Positions 1 through 9,471 of a DNA stretch of 64,000 bases are shown one piece after another. Position numbers and translations under genes: made by a program. Below the pieces are notes generated by a model that was given only the letters and a program-made list of their open reading frames with translations, was not told the origin of the DNA and ran no database searches. Positions within the stretch are counted from its first letter, which is position 1, and each line of letters opens with the position of its first letter. Source of the DNA: Rhodothermales bacterium (GTDB taxonomy: Bacteria > Bacteroidota > Rhodothermia > Rhodothermales > BA12); the NCBI GenBank assembly GCA_963829705.1, contig CAWHJN010000001.1, positions 23,844 to 87,843 on the forward strand, written 5' to 3'.

Positions 1-1410
1 GAGCGCCTGGACGAAGACGGTGAGGGCAGCCAGGAGCAGCATGTCCCACGTCATCGGCAGCACGTACCAGAGCAGGTACTTGCCCAGCTCCAGATCGGTG
101 TACCCGAGGGCAAGCTGGACAGCGACGGACGCGAAGACGGTCGTCAGCAGTAGAGATACGAGCACGAGCGCCATCGCCAGCGTCTTCGGCAGCACGTACC
201 CCCAGTTGGGCATCGGCGATGCGCCGACGATCTCGTGCATGCGTCGGTCGCGTTCGCGCCAGACGAGTTCGCCGGCGTAGTAGATGGCGATGACGAGTGG
301 GATCAACGCCATCCCGTTCTCCAGCTCGGGAATCATCGAGAGCGTGGTCGGGTAGGTCGGCTTCCCGTCCGGGTCGCGCTGCGTCGTCAGCGAGATGAGG
401 GTCGTGAACAGGCCCCACACCATCAGGACGGGGAAGGCAGGGCTCAGCACGACCTGCTTCACCTCGAACCGGGTGCGTAGCCACAGCAGGGCGCGCAGGG
501 CGGCCGGGCCGTGTCGTGGAGAGGGGAGGGGCGTGGCCTCCTCCAGGTGCGGGGCGTGCGCGGACGCACGCAGCGCGCGCTTCTGCTTTTTCCGCTCGCG
601 TTTCGATATCCCGCGGTCGGCATAGCGGTAGGCGGTGTAGGCGAGCGCCAGGCAGAGGAGGGCGACGCCGATCCACAGCAGCCGGTTGTAGAGGAGCGCC
701 CCGGAGAAATCGGGCAGCATCACGTCCCGCTGCGCCACCGTCCAGTACCGCGTGGCGTCGCTGAGGGCGCGCCCCCCGAACGGGTCGGCGAGCGCCACCG
801 TCATCTCGAGCTGCGGCCGGTCTTCGAAGGCATTCGCCAGGACGAAGAACCCCGAGACGAAGCCGATGACGCCGAGGTACGTCCCCATCAGCGAGCGGGT
901 GATCGTCGCCAGCGCGAAGAAGACGGCCGAATGGATGAGGAGGTTTGGCAGCGCGAGCAGGAAGTAGCCGTAGAGGTGGTCGCGGAGTCGGTTGGGGCCG
1001 AGCTGCGCCGGATCTGCCCAGGGCATGAGGGATCCGAGCCAGATGCCGAGCGGCACGACCAGCAGGCAGAGGGCGGCAACCGCGAAGGCGCCGGCGAAGC
1101 GCCCGATGACGTAGTCGAACTTCGTGATCCGCGTCGAACGGACGATCGGGCCGAAGCCGGTCTCGTCGTCGCGGATGACGGCGCCCGCGACGAACGCCGT
1201 CGTCACGAACATGAAGAAGACCGAGACCACGAGGTAGTTGCGCAGCGTCGCATAGGCCGCGTTTTCCAGGAGGCCGCCTTCAGAGCCGAGTTCGAAGCCC
1301 TGCACGCTCATGCCGGCGACCATGAGCGCAAAGGCCGCGGCGGCCGTGGCCCACAGGAGCGGGTTCCGGAGCAGGTAGCGGAATTCGAAGCGAGCGACAG
1401 CGGTGAACAT
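1..1410 (-). CDS. ABC transporter permease (ABC-2 type), N-terminal part; gene continues past the left edge
   Basis: Absent from the ORF track because it has no stop in the window. Hand translation of the minus strand from ATG at 1410 gives MFTAVARFEFRYLLRNPLLWATAAAAFALMVAGMSVQGFELG..., with repeated hydrophobic segments and an open frame to position 1. It starts 10 nt after the stop of the upstream ABC ATPase gene. Confidence 0.7.
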   Translation of the reverse strand, partial: MFTAVARFEFRYLLRNPLLWATAAAAFALMVAGMSVQGFELGSEGGLLENAAYATLRNYLVVSVFFMFVTTAFVAGAVIRDDETGFGPIVRSTRITKFDYVIGRFAGAFAVAALCLLVVPLGIWLGSLMPWADPAQLGPNRLRDHLYGYFLLALPNLLIHSAVFFALATITRSLMGTYLGVIGFVSGFFVLANAFEDRPQLEMTVALADPFGGRALSDATRYWTVAQRDVMLPDFSGALLYNRLLWIGVALLCLALAYTAYRYADRGISKRERKKQKRALRASAHAPHLEEATPLPSPRHGPAALRALLWLRTRFEVKQVVLSPAFPVLMVWGLFTTLISLTTQRDPDGKPTYPTTLSMIPELENGMALIPLVIAIYYAGELVWRERDRRMHEIVGASPMPNWGYVLPKTLAMALVLVSLLLTTVFASVAVQLALGYTDLELGKYLLWYVLPMTWDMLLLAALTVFVQAL

Positions 1411-1419
1411 GGTTGCGGA

Positions 1420-2337
1420 TCAGGCGGCGCGGCGCGTCTGGGCGAGCGTGGAGAAATAGACGTCTTCGAGGCCGGCGTCGACGGGGGCGAAGCCATGGCC
1501 AGGGTCGCCCTCGGAGAGGATGTGGATCGCGGTCCGCCCGGCGAACAGACGGGTCGAGAGGATCTCGTACTGCTCGCGGTAGCGGGCGAGCGCACCCCGT
1601 TCGATGACCTTCATCCAGATCCGGCCTCGGGTTGCGCGGATGAGCTCCTGGGGTGCCCCTTCGAGCTGGACGCGCCCGTCCGCAAGCACCGCCACGAGCG
1701 GGCAGAGGTCCGACACGTCCGCCACGATGTGCGTCGACAGGATCACGACCACGCGCTCACCGATCTCGGCGAGCAGGTTCAGAAACCGGTTCCGCTCCTC
1801 CGGGTCGAGGCCGGCGGTTGGCTCGTCGACGATGATCAGCTCCGGGTTGCCGATGAGCGCCTGGGCGATGCCGAAGCGCTGGCGCATACCCCCTGAAAAG
1901 CCGGAGAGCATCTTCTTGCGAACGCTCCACAGGTTCGTCTGGTGCAACAGCGTTTCGACGGTGACCTTGCGGTCCGACGCGGAGGCGACGCCCTTGAGGG
2001 TGGCCATGTGGTCGAGCATCTCGTACGCGGAGACGCGGGGATAGACGCCGAAATCCTGTGGCAGGTAGCCGAGCGTGCGCCGCAGCTTCTCCGGCTCGGC
2101 GATCACATCGATGTCACCGAACCGAATCGTCCCTTCCGTCGGCGTCTGTAGCGTCGCGATGGTGCGCATCAGCGTCGACTTGCCGGCGCCGTTCGGGCCC
2201 AGCAGACCGTACATGCCGTGGGGGATAGACAGCGTGACGCGGTCGAGCGCTCGCGTGCCGTTGGCATAGATGTGGCTAACGTCCTGAACGCTCAGCACCA
2301 TGCGCTTTTCCGTATCACGAAGGGTTACTTCATGCAT
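1420..2337 (-). CDS. ABC transporter ATP-binding protein
   Basis: C-terminal 305 aa of ORF 1420..3021(-). Walker A GPNGAGKST, signature FSGGMRQR, Walker B LIIVDEPTAGLD. Start taken at MHEVTL (2337); an alternative is MVLSVQ (2301). The N-terminal 230 aa of the long ORF is Arg/Pro-rich overprint. Confidence 0.9.
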   Translation of the reverse strand: MHEVTLRDTEKRMVLSVQDVSHIYANGTRALDRVTLSIPHGMYGLLGPNGAGKSTLMRTIATLQTPTEGTIRFGDIDVIAEPEKLRRTLGYLPQDFGVYPRVSAYEMLDHMATLKGVASASDRKVTVETLLHQTNLWSVRKKMLSGFSGGMRQRFGIAQALIGNPELIIVDEPTAGLDPEERNRFLNLLAEIGERVVVILSTHIVADVSDLCPLVAVLADGRVQLEGAPQELIRATRGRIWMKVIERGALARYREQYEILSTRLFAGRTAIHILSEGDPGHGFAPVDAGLEDVYFSTLAQTRRAA

Positions 2338-2448
2338 GTTCAGATCCTTTCGTTGGGGTAGCGTGAGAGACGATCCCGGACTGCAGAGACCGTCGTTCGC
2401 CCGGACGTTAAGCCGGAGTCCGGGTATCCAGGAACGGATCATCGCCCA

Positions 2449-3549
2449 ATGGCAGGTTGGGGCCGTCGAACGGCAGACGAGGTCCTCCCGGTGTGCCTGC
2501 CGGGCTCGTATACTCATCGCCGGCCGGTCCGACACGCGCGTGTACGGGTGACGGCGTCCCTGGCAAACGCGATCCTCCTGATGCCTCTTCCCGCAATCAT
2601 GTACCTGCTGACGGGCCTCTTCGGCGGCGTCTGGACCCGGAGCGAGATCGTGAGCCTCGTGGTCTCGGTGACCGTTGGCGTCGCCCTCACGCTCCTCGTG
2701 TACCGCCTCGTCCGCCGGATGCCGTGGCCGCGGCCCTTCCGCTTTCGGTTCGCCCTTCTGCATCTGGTAGCGGCACTCGGAAGTGGCCTGGCGTGGCTCC
2801 TCGTATCGAAGGCAATCGTGAGCCTCATCATCGGCTGGCCCGACGAAGACCAGGAGTGGATGATCGTCGTCGGGGCCTACGTGTACGCCGTCGTGGCGGG
2901 GATCTCGTACGCGGTCGAGGCGACCGCGCGGGCTGCGCAGGCCGAAGCCGCGGAGGCACAGGCTCAGCTGGCGGCGCTTCGGGCGCAGCTCCACCCGCAC
3001 TTTCTCTTCAACGCGTTGCACGCCGTGGTGCAGCTCATCCCCCTCGATCCCGCGCGCGCCGCCGATGCTGCGGAACTCGTCGCGTCACTCCTCCGCACGA
3101 CGGTGGAGGAGGAGCGCGACGTCGTGACCCTCCGAGACGAGTGGGCCTTCGTGTCGCGCTACCTCGAGGTCGAGCGCATGCGCTTCGGCGACCGGCTCTG
3201 TGTGCGTACGGAGATGCCCCCGGAACTCCTCGGCGAGCGCATTCCCTCCTTCGCGCTGCATACGCTCGTGGAGAACGCGGTGCGGCACGGAGCGGCGCCT
3301 CGCGTCGCCCCTACGGAGATCGTCATCACGGCTGTGCGGAGTGATTCGAACCTGTCGCTTACGGTGCAGAACACAGGCGACCCGCGGCCCACCAGCCCGG
3401 CGACGAACGGGGCGGGGACGGGACTGACGCGCCTCCGCGAGCGGCTCTCCTTCCTATACGGGGGCGCGGCGCGGTTGACGTACGGCGCAGCCGATGGCGG
3501 CGGCTTCGAGGCGCACATCGTCGTCCCACGCAGCCAGAGGGAGCCGTGA
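2449..3549 (+). CDS. Sensor histidine kinase, LytS/YehU-type (His_kinase + HATPase_c)
   Basis: N-terminal TM segments, H-box LHPHFLFNALHAVVQLI, ATPase motifs LVENAVRHG and GTGLTRLRERL. A more likely start is ATG 2581 (MPLPAIMYLL). The stop overlaps the response-regulator start (GTGA). Confidence 0.85.
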   Translation: MAGWGRRTADEVLPVCLPGSYTHRRPVRHARVRVTASLANAILLMPLPAIMYLLTGLFGGVWTRSEIVSLVVSVTVGVALTLLVYRLVRRMPWPRPFRFRFALLHLVAALGSGLAWLLVSKAIVSLIIGWPDEDQEWMIVVGAYVYAVVAGISYAVEATARAAQAEAAEAQAQLAALRAQLHPHFLFNALHAVVQLIPLDPARAADAAELVASLLRTTVEEERDVVTLRDEWAFVSRYLEVERMRFGDRLCVRTEMPPELLGERIPSFALHTLVENAVRHGAAPRVAPTEIVITAVRSDSNLSLTVQNTGDPRPTSPATNGAGTGLTRLRERLSFLYGGAARLTYGAADGGGFEAHIVVPRSQREP

Positions 3550-4283
3550 AAGTCAGGACGCTGGTAGTGGACGACGAGCCGGTCGCGCGCGTGGGTCTAC
3601 GCGCGATGCTGACGGCGTTCGACTGGGTGGAAGTGGTAGGCGACGCAGCTGACGGCGAGGCAGCCGTGGAAGCAATCCATCGGTTGCGACCGGAGCTCGT
3701 TTTTCTGGACGTGCAGATGCCGGGGCTGCTCGGCACGGACGTGCTACGCCGCATCGAGCGGCAGCCGTTCGTCATCTTCACGACCGCCTTCTCGCAGCAT
3801 GCGGTCAGCGCATTCGAGTTGGGCGCGGTGGACTACCTGCTGAAGCCCTTTGGCCCCACCCGCCTGAAGACCGCGATGGAGCGGATTCGCTCGGCGATCG
3901 GGGAGCCGGGCAGCGTAGGCGCGCTCGAGCGCCTCACCGGCGCGATGCCGGGAGGGCCGATCAGCCGCCTGTTCGTTCGCCTGGGAGGGAGCCTCGTTCC
4001 GCTGCCTGTAGAGAAGGTTTCATGCTTCGAGGCCGACGGGGATTACGTGATCGCCTATGCAGAGGGCACGCGGCACCTGCTGCACCTCTCGCTGAGCCGC
4101 CTCGACGCGCGCCTCGATCCACAGCGCTTTGTGCGCGTGCATCGGGCACACATCGTGAATCTCGACCGCGTCCGCGCGTTCAGGCGGGACGCTCGTGGAA
4201 ACCTCGAGGCCGAACTGGACGACGGGAGGCGGGTGCCGGTGAGCCGCACACGGGCGCAGGAACTCAGGAGACTGGGTCTTTGA
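3546..4283 (+). CDS. LytTR-family response regulator
   Basis: Receiver domain (VVDDEP...LVFLDVQMPG...FTTA...DYLLKP) plus a C-terminal LytTR DNA-binding domain (FVRVHRAHIVNLDRV). Translationally coupled to the kinase. Confidence 0.9.
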   Translation: MKVRTLVVDDEPVARVGLRAMLTAFDWVEVVGDAADGEAAVEAIHRLRPELVFLDVQMPGLLGTDVLRRIERQPFVIFTTAFSQHAVSAFELGAVDYLLKPFGPTRLKTAMERIRSAIGEPGSVGALERLTGAMPGGPISRLFVRLGGSLVPLPVEKVSCFEADGDYVIAYAEGTRHLLHLSLSRLDARLDPQRFVRVHRAHIVNLDRVRAFRRDARGNLEAELDDGRRVPVSRTRAQELRRLGL

Positions 4284-4731
4284 CCGGCCTCAAATGAACA
4301 GAGGAGGTTCACGCATGGCCCCTCTTCACGTGTGAACAAGCGCCTCCAGCGGACTTCTGACGGCGTGCCTGTGGGCACGCACGGACCCTCCATGCAGAGT
4401 CCGTCCATGTTGCTCGGCTCCGGGTGGTGGGCCGCCATTCCGAGTGAAATCAGCGTCGATACGAAAGTATCTCAGGTCTATCACAGGTATTCGCTTCACG
4501 CTGTCGTGCAGTGCGGCCTGCGGTCCTCACGGGCCATAGGTTGGCGGGCGCTGCGGCGGCGGGTGCAGGTCTGCTGCCTGCCTTTGCGTGGGAGGAGTAC
4601 GGTTTGAATGAGCTGGCACGGCTGCCCGATGACAGGCGCGGCGTGTGTTGCCCCTTCAATCTGCGGCGTTTACTTTGCTCGTACACCCTTCACGGCTGCC
4701 CGTCGCGGCAGCGCTTCGCCGTCAGGCACGC

Positions 4732-5115
4732 ATGGCACTCTCCTCGCTGCGTGAGTGGTCGCGCCGGCTGAAACGCGAGGCGCTCACGGTCTACTTCGCG
4801 GCACGTCATCCCGATACGCCAGTGCTGGTGCGGCTGTTTGCACTGGCGGTCGCCGCCTATGCCCTCAGCCCGATCGACCTGATCCCGGACTTCATTCCGG
4901 TGCTCGGCTACCTTGACGATCTGGTCCTGGTGCCCCTGGGTGTGTGGCTGGTCGTACGGATGCTACCGCCTGCCGTGATCCTGGCGGCCCGTGCTCAGGC
5001 TGCGGCGGCTGCCCGGCAGCCGGTGAGCCGGGGCGCCGCCGCTGTTATCGTGTGCCTCTGGGCCATCGCGCTGGCCTGGGGCGCGTGGCTCAGCTATCGC
5101 TGGCTGCATGCCTGA
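4732..5115 (+). CDS. DUF1232 (YkvA-like) membrane protein
   Basis: Motif YALSPIDLIPDFIPVLGYLDDLVLVPLGVW. Start placed at the internal ATG 4732 (MALSSLREW) of ORF 4645..5115. Confidence 0.75.
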   Translation: MALSSLREWSRRLKREALTVYFAARHPDTPVLVRLFALAVAAYALSPIDLIPDFIPVLGYLDDLVLVPLGVWLVVRMLPPAVILAARAQAAAAARQPVSRGAAAVIVCLWAIALAWGAWLSYRWLHA

Positions 5116-5219
5116 CAAGGTGTCCAGGCCGACGCGGTGGGCACGTCTTGACGGTAGTGGTCGTGTGGCGTATCGTGCCTCGGCCAGCGTCCATTTCCGG
5201 GCGTGGCTAAGCTTCGTCC

Positions 5220-5373
5220 GTTACCCGGCACAGCGGGCGGGCCTCCGTTCAACGGTGCCCGTAGACAGCACAGCGGTTCGTGGCGCGGCGTCGTTCGTTG
5301 CCCGCTCGCCGTTCGTCGGCACACCGTCGCCATTCGTCAGCAGCCTTTCGTCGCGCCCGCTGTGCCGGGTAAC
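5220..5373. repeat. Perfect 20-bp inverted repeat (GTTACCCGGCACAGCGGGCG / CGCCCGCTGTGCCGGGTAAC) enclosing 114 nt
   Basis: Arms at 5220-5239 and 5354-5373 are exact reverse complements. The enclosed segment carries four spaced TTCGT-containing repeats at 5294, 5312, 5333 and 5347. Confidence 0.8.
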
Positions 5374-5707
5374 CCGGCGCCGCTGGCCCACGCACGCCAG
5401 CCCGGTTTGCGCGTTGCAGCGCGGCGGTGTATCGTGCGCTTTCACACGCTGCCGTCTGTGCGCGGCAAACCTTGTTCTGTTCTACCGCGCCTGCCCTCAT
5501 CGCTTGAGTGCTGCTTCCGGATGCGGTGGTTCGAAAACCGGTGTGTTCCCTTTCCCTAAGCGTCCCTAACAAAACCTCCCGAACTGATTTCGGCATCCCC
5601 ACGAAAGTGGGGATTCACCTCGCCAGCGTGGTTTCCTGCGCAGGCGGGAATGACCGCAATGGGTTTTGTCAGCGGTTCTAAGTCGATCGGATCATCCGAT
5701 TGGGCCA

Positions 5708-6136
5708 ATGAATGCCAATCTAGACTACGCAATACTTCCAGGGGAAAGACTCATCTTGGAACGCCTTAGCGGCCCGATATCCTATCTAGACCTCGTCTCG
5801 TTGACGGAGGAAATTTGGAATGACGAGTTGTATGACAAGTCATACAGTGGGATAATCGACATCAGGCACGCTTCTATCGACATGGGCCACTCGAGCCTAA
5901 TGTCGTTTGCTCAGCTGATCCTTGCCTCTGAGTCTGCAAGCGAGGGGCAGGTCGCAGTCATTTCGAGTAAGCCCGTCGAGACGGCGTTGAGCTATTTGCT
6001 GGCCAAGAAGCTGACGAAGGGAGGGGTTATATCCGTCTTCAGCACGTGGGAGGGCGTCGTCGCTCACCTCGGCTTGGCGGAGTCCGTGCGGACACAGATC
6101 ACGGACGAGCGGGCATACGACGCCATGTTCGACTGA
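5708..6136 (+). CDS. Hypothetical protein (AT-richer orphan ORF)
   Basis: ORF 5666..6136. Start moved to ATG 5708 (MNANLDYAIL) because the TTG-initiated first 14 codons overlap a tRNA-like repeat. Balanced, non-overprint amino-acid composition. No motif recognised. Confidence 0.5.
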   Translation: MNANLDYAILPGERLILERLSGPISYLDLVSLTEEIWNDELYDKSYSGIIDIRHASIDMGHSSLMSFAQLILASESASEGQVAVISSKPVETALSYLLAKKLTKGGVISVFSTWEGVVAHLGLAESVRTQITDERAYDAMFD

Positions 6137-6729
6137 GTCAGAGGAGCGTGGGGCCCTGTGAGCGTTTGCGCCGTCTCGGCCACCCTTCGGACTCGCGTTT
6201 GCATCTGCGACGGCTAACCGGGCCTGTGGTTATCGTCCGCAGGAGTGCTTGAGACCGAGGGCGTCGCGGTTTCTGCTCGGCTCCTGAACACGTGATCCCG
6301 GCGCGGCAGAACCCTCCACTGCAGGCCGGCATGGGGCGTCAGCGTGGTCGACTCGTCCTGATGTCGGCATTTCTGCTGCTCGTCCAACCGTCGTGCTGAT
6401 TGCCCCATGCGGCTGAGCGGCCCTTGTTCTACCGCGCGCACTGGCCGGCCCGCAACCAGCACTGGGCAAGACCGTAATCGGCACCTTAGCCCTAGCCTCT
6501 GCGAGAGCATATCATCCAAGGCGCCCCGCCGCCGTGCGCATCCTGGCGATGTTGCAAGAGACGGAGGCTGGCAGCGTCCACCTCGACGCGCTACACCAGA
6601 AGGACGACGTACGAAAGACACCCGGCTACCTGAGGGTGAGCGCCGAGGACCTGCTGGAGCACTTCGCCGAACAAGCATAGAAGGGACGCCGCACATCATT
6701 CTTTCTCGGCTAGCCAGTTCAGCCCCGCC

Positions 6730-9116
6730 ATGTTCAAGAATTACTTCAAGACCGCTACGCGTAGCCTATCGAAGAATGCATTCTTCACAACCTTAAATGT
6801 CTTTGGCTTAGCGCTGGGCATGTCGCTCAACCTGCTGGTCGTTGCCATGGTCGTTTTCGCCTATCGATTCGATGACTTCCATCCAAATAAGGAGCGCATA
6901 TACCGGGTAATCACTCACGTTCGGGATTGGCATGAAAACCCGTCGTATGCCTCCTCGCCTACCGGCATATATCAACTTCTGGAAGGCAATGTAGCCGGTG
7001 TGGAAAAGGTCGTCCGTATTCATCAATCGCTTCGCACGATACGTTCGTTATGCGGGTGTCGAAGTGCCTGTAAACGGGTACTTTGTGGATGCAGAGTATC
7101 TCTCGATGTTCAACTTCCCACTGCTGCAGGGCGACGTCGAGACTTCGCTTTCAAAGCCTTATACGATGGTTGTTACCGAGGCCGCAGCTGCCAGGATATT
7201 CGGGGACAAGGACCCGATGGGCGAACTTGTATTCATCGAGCCATTCGGCGAAGTGATGGTCACAGGTGTAGCGAGAAACATGCCGAAGAACACGCATCTG
7301 AAGGCAGAGGCTCTGGTTTCATTCGCCACGCTCACATCCTATCACGGCGCGCCCTTCACAGACGATGAAGCAAACTGGAATAGCTTCTACAATTCGTACA
7401 ACTATCTGCAGATATCCGAAAATTCGAGCCCTTCTGCCATTGAGGCATCTATTAATGGTGTTGCGAAAGAAAAATACACGACACCTGAGTTTCAAGGCTT
7501 CGTTTGAACTTCAGCGTCTAGACAAGATCGTTCCCGGACCTCAACTAGACAATAACATGGGCAACGAATACAGCTACCAGGAGCTGGTGCTCATGGGAAT
7601 TCTACCGATGCTTATCCTCTTCGCGGCCTGCAGCAACTACGTGAACCTTTCTATCTCTCAATCACTCAGCCGGATGAATGAGATCGGTGTCCGCAAAGCG
7701 CTAGGGGGACGGAAGAGTCAGATCTTCATACAGTTTGTGATGGAGAGCACAATCATGGTGCTGCTGGCCGTGACGCTGTCGTATTTCTTCTATGAGATCA
7801 TTCGCGATGAAGCGCTGTCGCTTACGGGCTCACATGATTGGGTTGACCTGAGTCCGACCTGGGGAACGCTTGCCGGATTTATACTCTTCGCCCTCCTTGT
7901 GGGCTTCGTTGCGGGCATTGTTCCCGCGTTACATTTTTCAAGAATCAGCCCCATCCAGGCATTGAAAGGGAAGGGGCCGCAAATAAGAAAGGGGGGCTGG
8001 TTTTCACTGCGCAAAATCGTAATCACATCTCAGTTCGTCCTGTCGATGGGTTTCATTATGGCAGTGGTGATTATGGTGCAACAGTACCGGTACTCGGTGA
8101 ATTATGATTTCGGATTCAACCAGAATAAAATACTCAACGTTGAGGTTCAACAGGCGAATCCGCAACTGGTCAAGAACGAATTTGAGAAGCTTTCCTTCGT
8201 TCCTCTGATCTCTCTGTCGTCGCACCCGCTGGGAGCTGGAGACGTACCGGGGTTGTACGTGAAGCGGGCGACCACTTCAGATTCCCTATACGCGAGCAGG
8301 ATGGCCATCGATGAAAACTTTATGGCAAACATGGGTCTGCATCTTATGCTGGGCAGGAACTTCACCGACGAGGCCAGCGAAAACGCGCACTCGATCATCA
8401 TCAATGAGGTCTTTGCAAGGACGCTAAGCCCCGATGACGCTTCCAGAGCAATCGACCAAGTAGTCATACTACCAGATAGAGGAGAAGTGAGAGTGATAGG
8501 TATTGTGGAAGATTTCCATTACGCGAGTCTTAAATCGTCTATTGGAAACTTCTTCTTTGAATACGTGCCCGAGCATTTTCGCTATGCGAATGTGCATCTT
8601 CAAGCAACCAACGAGAGCCAGGCTCTTTCGGAAATGGAGGCAGCCTGGAAATCCATCGGCAACAGCACCGCTTTTAAGGCCGAATTCCTCACCGACCAGA
8701 TCCACGATGCCTACGCGTTCTACAACAAGATCGTGAAGATATGGGGGTTCTTGGGACTGTTGGCCATCACCTTGGCGTGCCTGGGGCTACTGGGGACGGT
8801 CGTGTTCACGGTCAAGAACAGGGTCAAAGAAGTGAGCATCCGGAAGGTGTTTGGTGCCTCTTCCGCAGCCCTGGTGTACCTGCTTTCAAGGGACTTCATT
8901 GTGCTGCTGGCCATCGCGGGTATCGTTACCGTTCCAAGCGTCTGGGTGTTGATGAATATGGTGCTGCAGGAGGGACAGTATTATCATGCGCCCATCGGTG
9001 CCTTTGAAGCCATCATAAGCCTAGCCGTCGTATCGCTCCTCGGACTGACCACCATCTTCTCACAAACTCTGAAGGCAGCCAATAGGAATCCAGTGGATAA
9101 TCTGAGGGTAGATTGA
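6730..9116 (+). pseudogene. FtsX/MacB-type ABC transporter permease, disrupted by two +1 frameshifts
   Basis: Three consecutive ORFs (6730.., 6998.., 7365..9116) read as one roughly 790-aa protein: MFKNYFKTATRSLSKNAFFTTLNVFGLALGM...VEKVVRI | NRFARYVRYAGVEVPVNGYFVDAEYLSMFNFPLLQGD...TTPEF | KASFELQRLDKIVPG... followed by FtsX TM bundles. There is an extra base near 7021 and another near 7493. The region is markedly AT-richer than its surroundings. Confidence 0.8.
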
Positions 9117-9471
9117 TCCAATACGACAGCGAGGTAGACGGTACCGTTTTCCTGATGTGATACGCGCAGGATCTTGCCTACCATTGCTCATCTCTCGTTT
9201 GTGGGTTCAGTACGTGCGTCCGACTGTTTGGCTGTAGTGGATAATTTACCAGAACCCCGGGTTTCAACATGAACGTCCGAATACCCGAAGAAAGGCGCGG
9301 CAGAACCCGCTGGGCCGACACAGGGCTCCAGCGTTCTCAGCCGCTCCTAACGTCTCGGCATCCATAGCTTCGGCCAGTCCACCGCGCCCTCAGCCCTGTG
9401 CGGCTGAGCCGCAAGTGTTATGCGGCTACGCACATTGACGTGCCCCAAGAAGGGTGGACGTTTGAGTTTGG

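Noticed and set aside
511-1896. Long + strand ORF (461 aa), with several nested ORFs, across the left end of the window
   Set aside because: The composition is extremely Arg/Gly/Glu/Asp/Pro-rich with no motifs, and it lies antisense to a coherent ABC permease and ATPase. This is typical stop-free overprinting in high-GC DNA.
5271-5280. CAGCGGTTCG 10-mer identical to the start of the tRNA-fragment T-arm, considered as a third att-like copy
   Set aside because: A 10-nt match is expected by chance in 64 kb, and the flanks do not align.
5595-5655. CRISPR-repeat-like palindromic units (ATCCCCAC-GAAA-GTGGGGAT; TTCCTGCGCAGGCGGGAATGAC)
   Set aside because: Each occurs only once, with no regular repeat-spacer periodicity and no cas genes in the window. 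This is not a CRISPR array.
6536-6679. Possible small ORF or remnant reading VRILAMLQETEAGSVHLDALHQKDDVRKTPGYLRVSAEDLLEHFAEQA*
   Set aside because: The composition is reasonable, but there is no recognisable family and no clear start or RBS. It sits inside overlapping spurious ORFs, so it cannot be supported without a database search.
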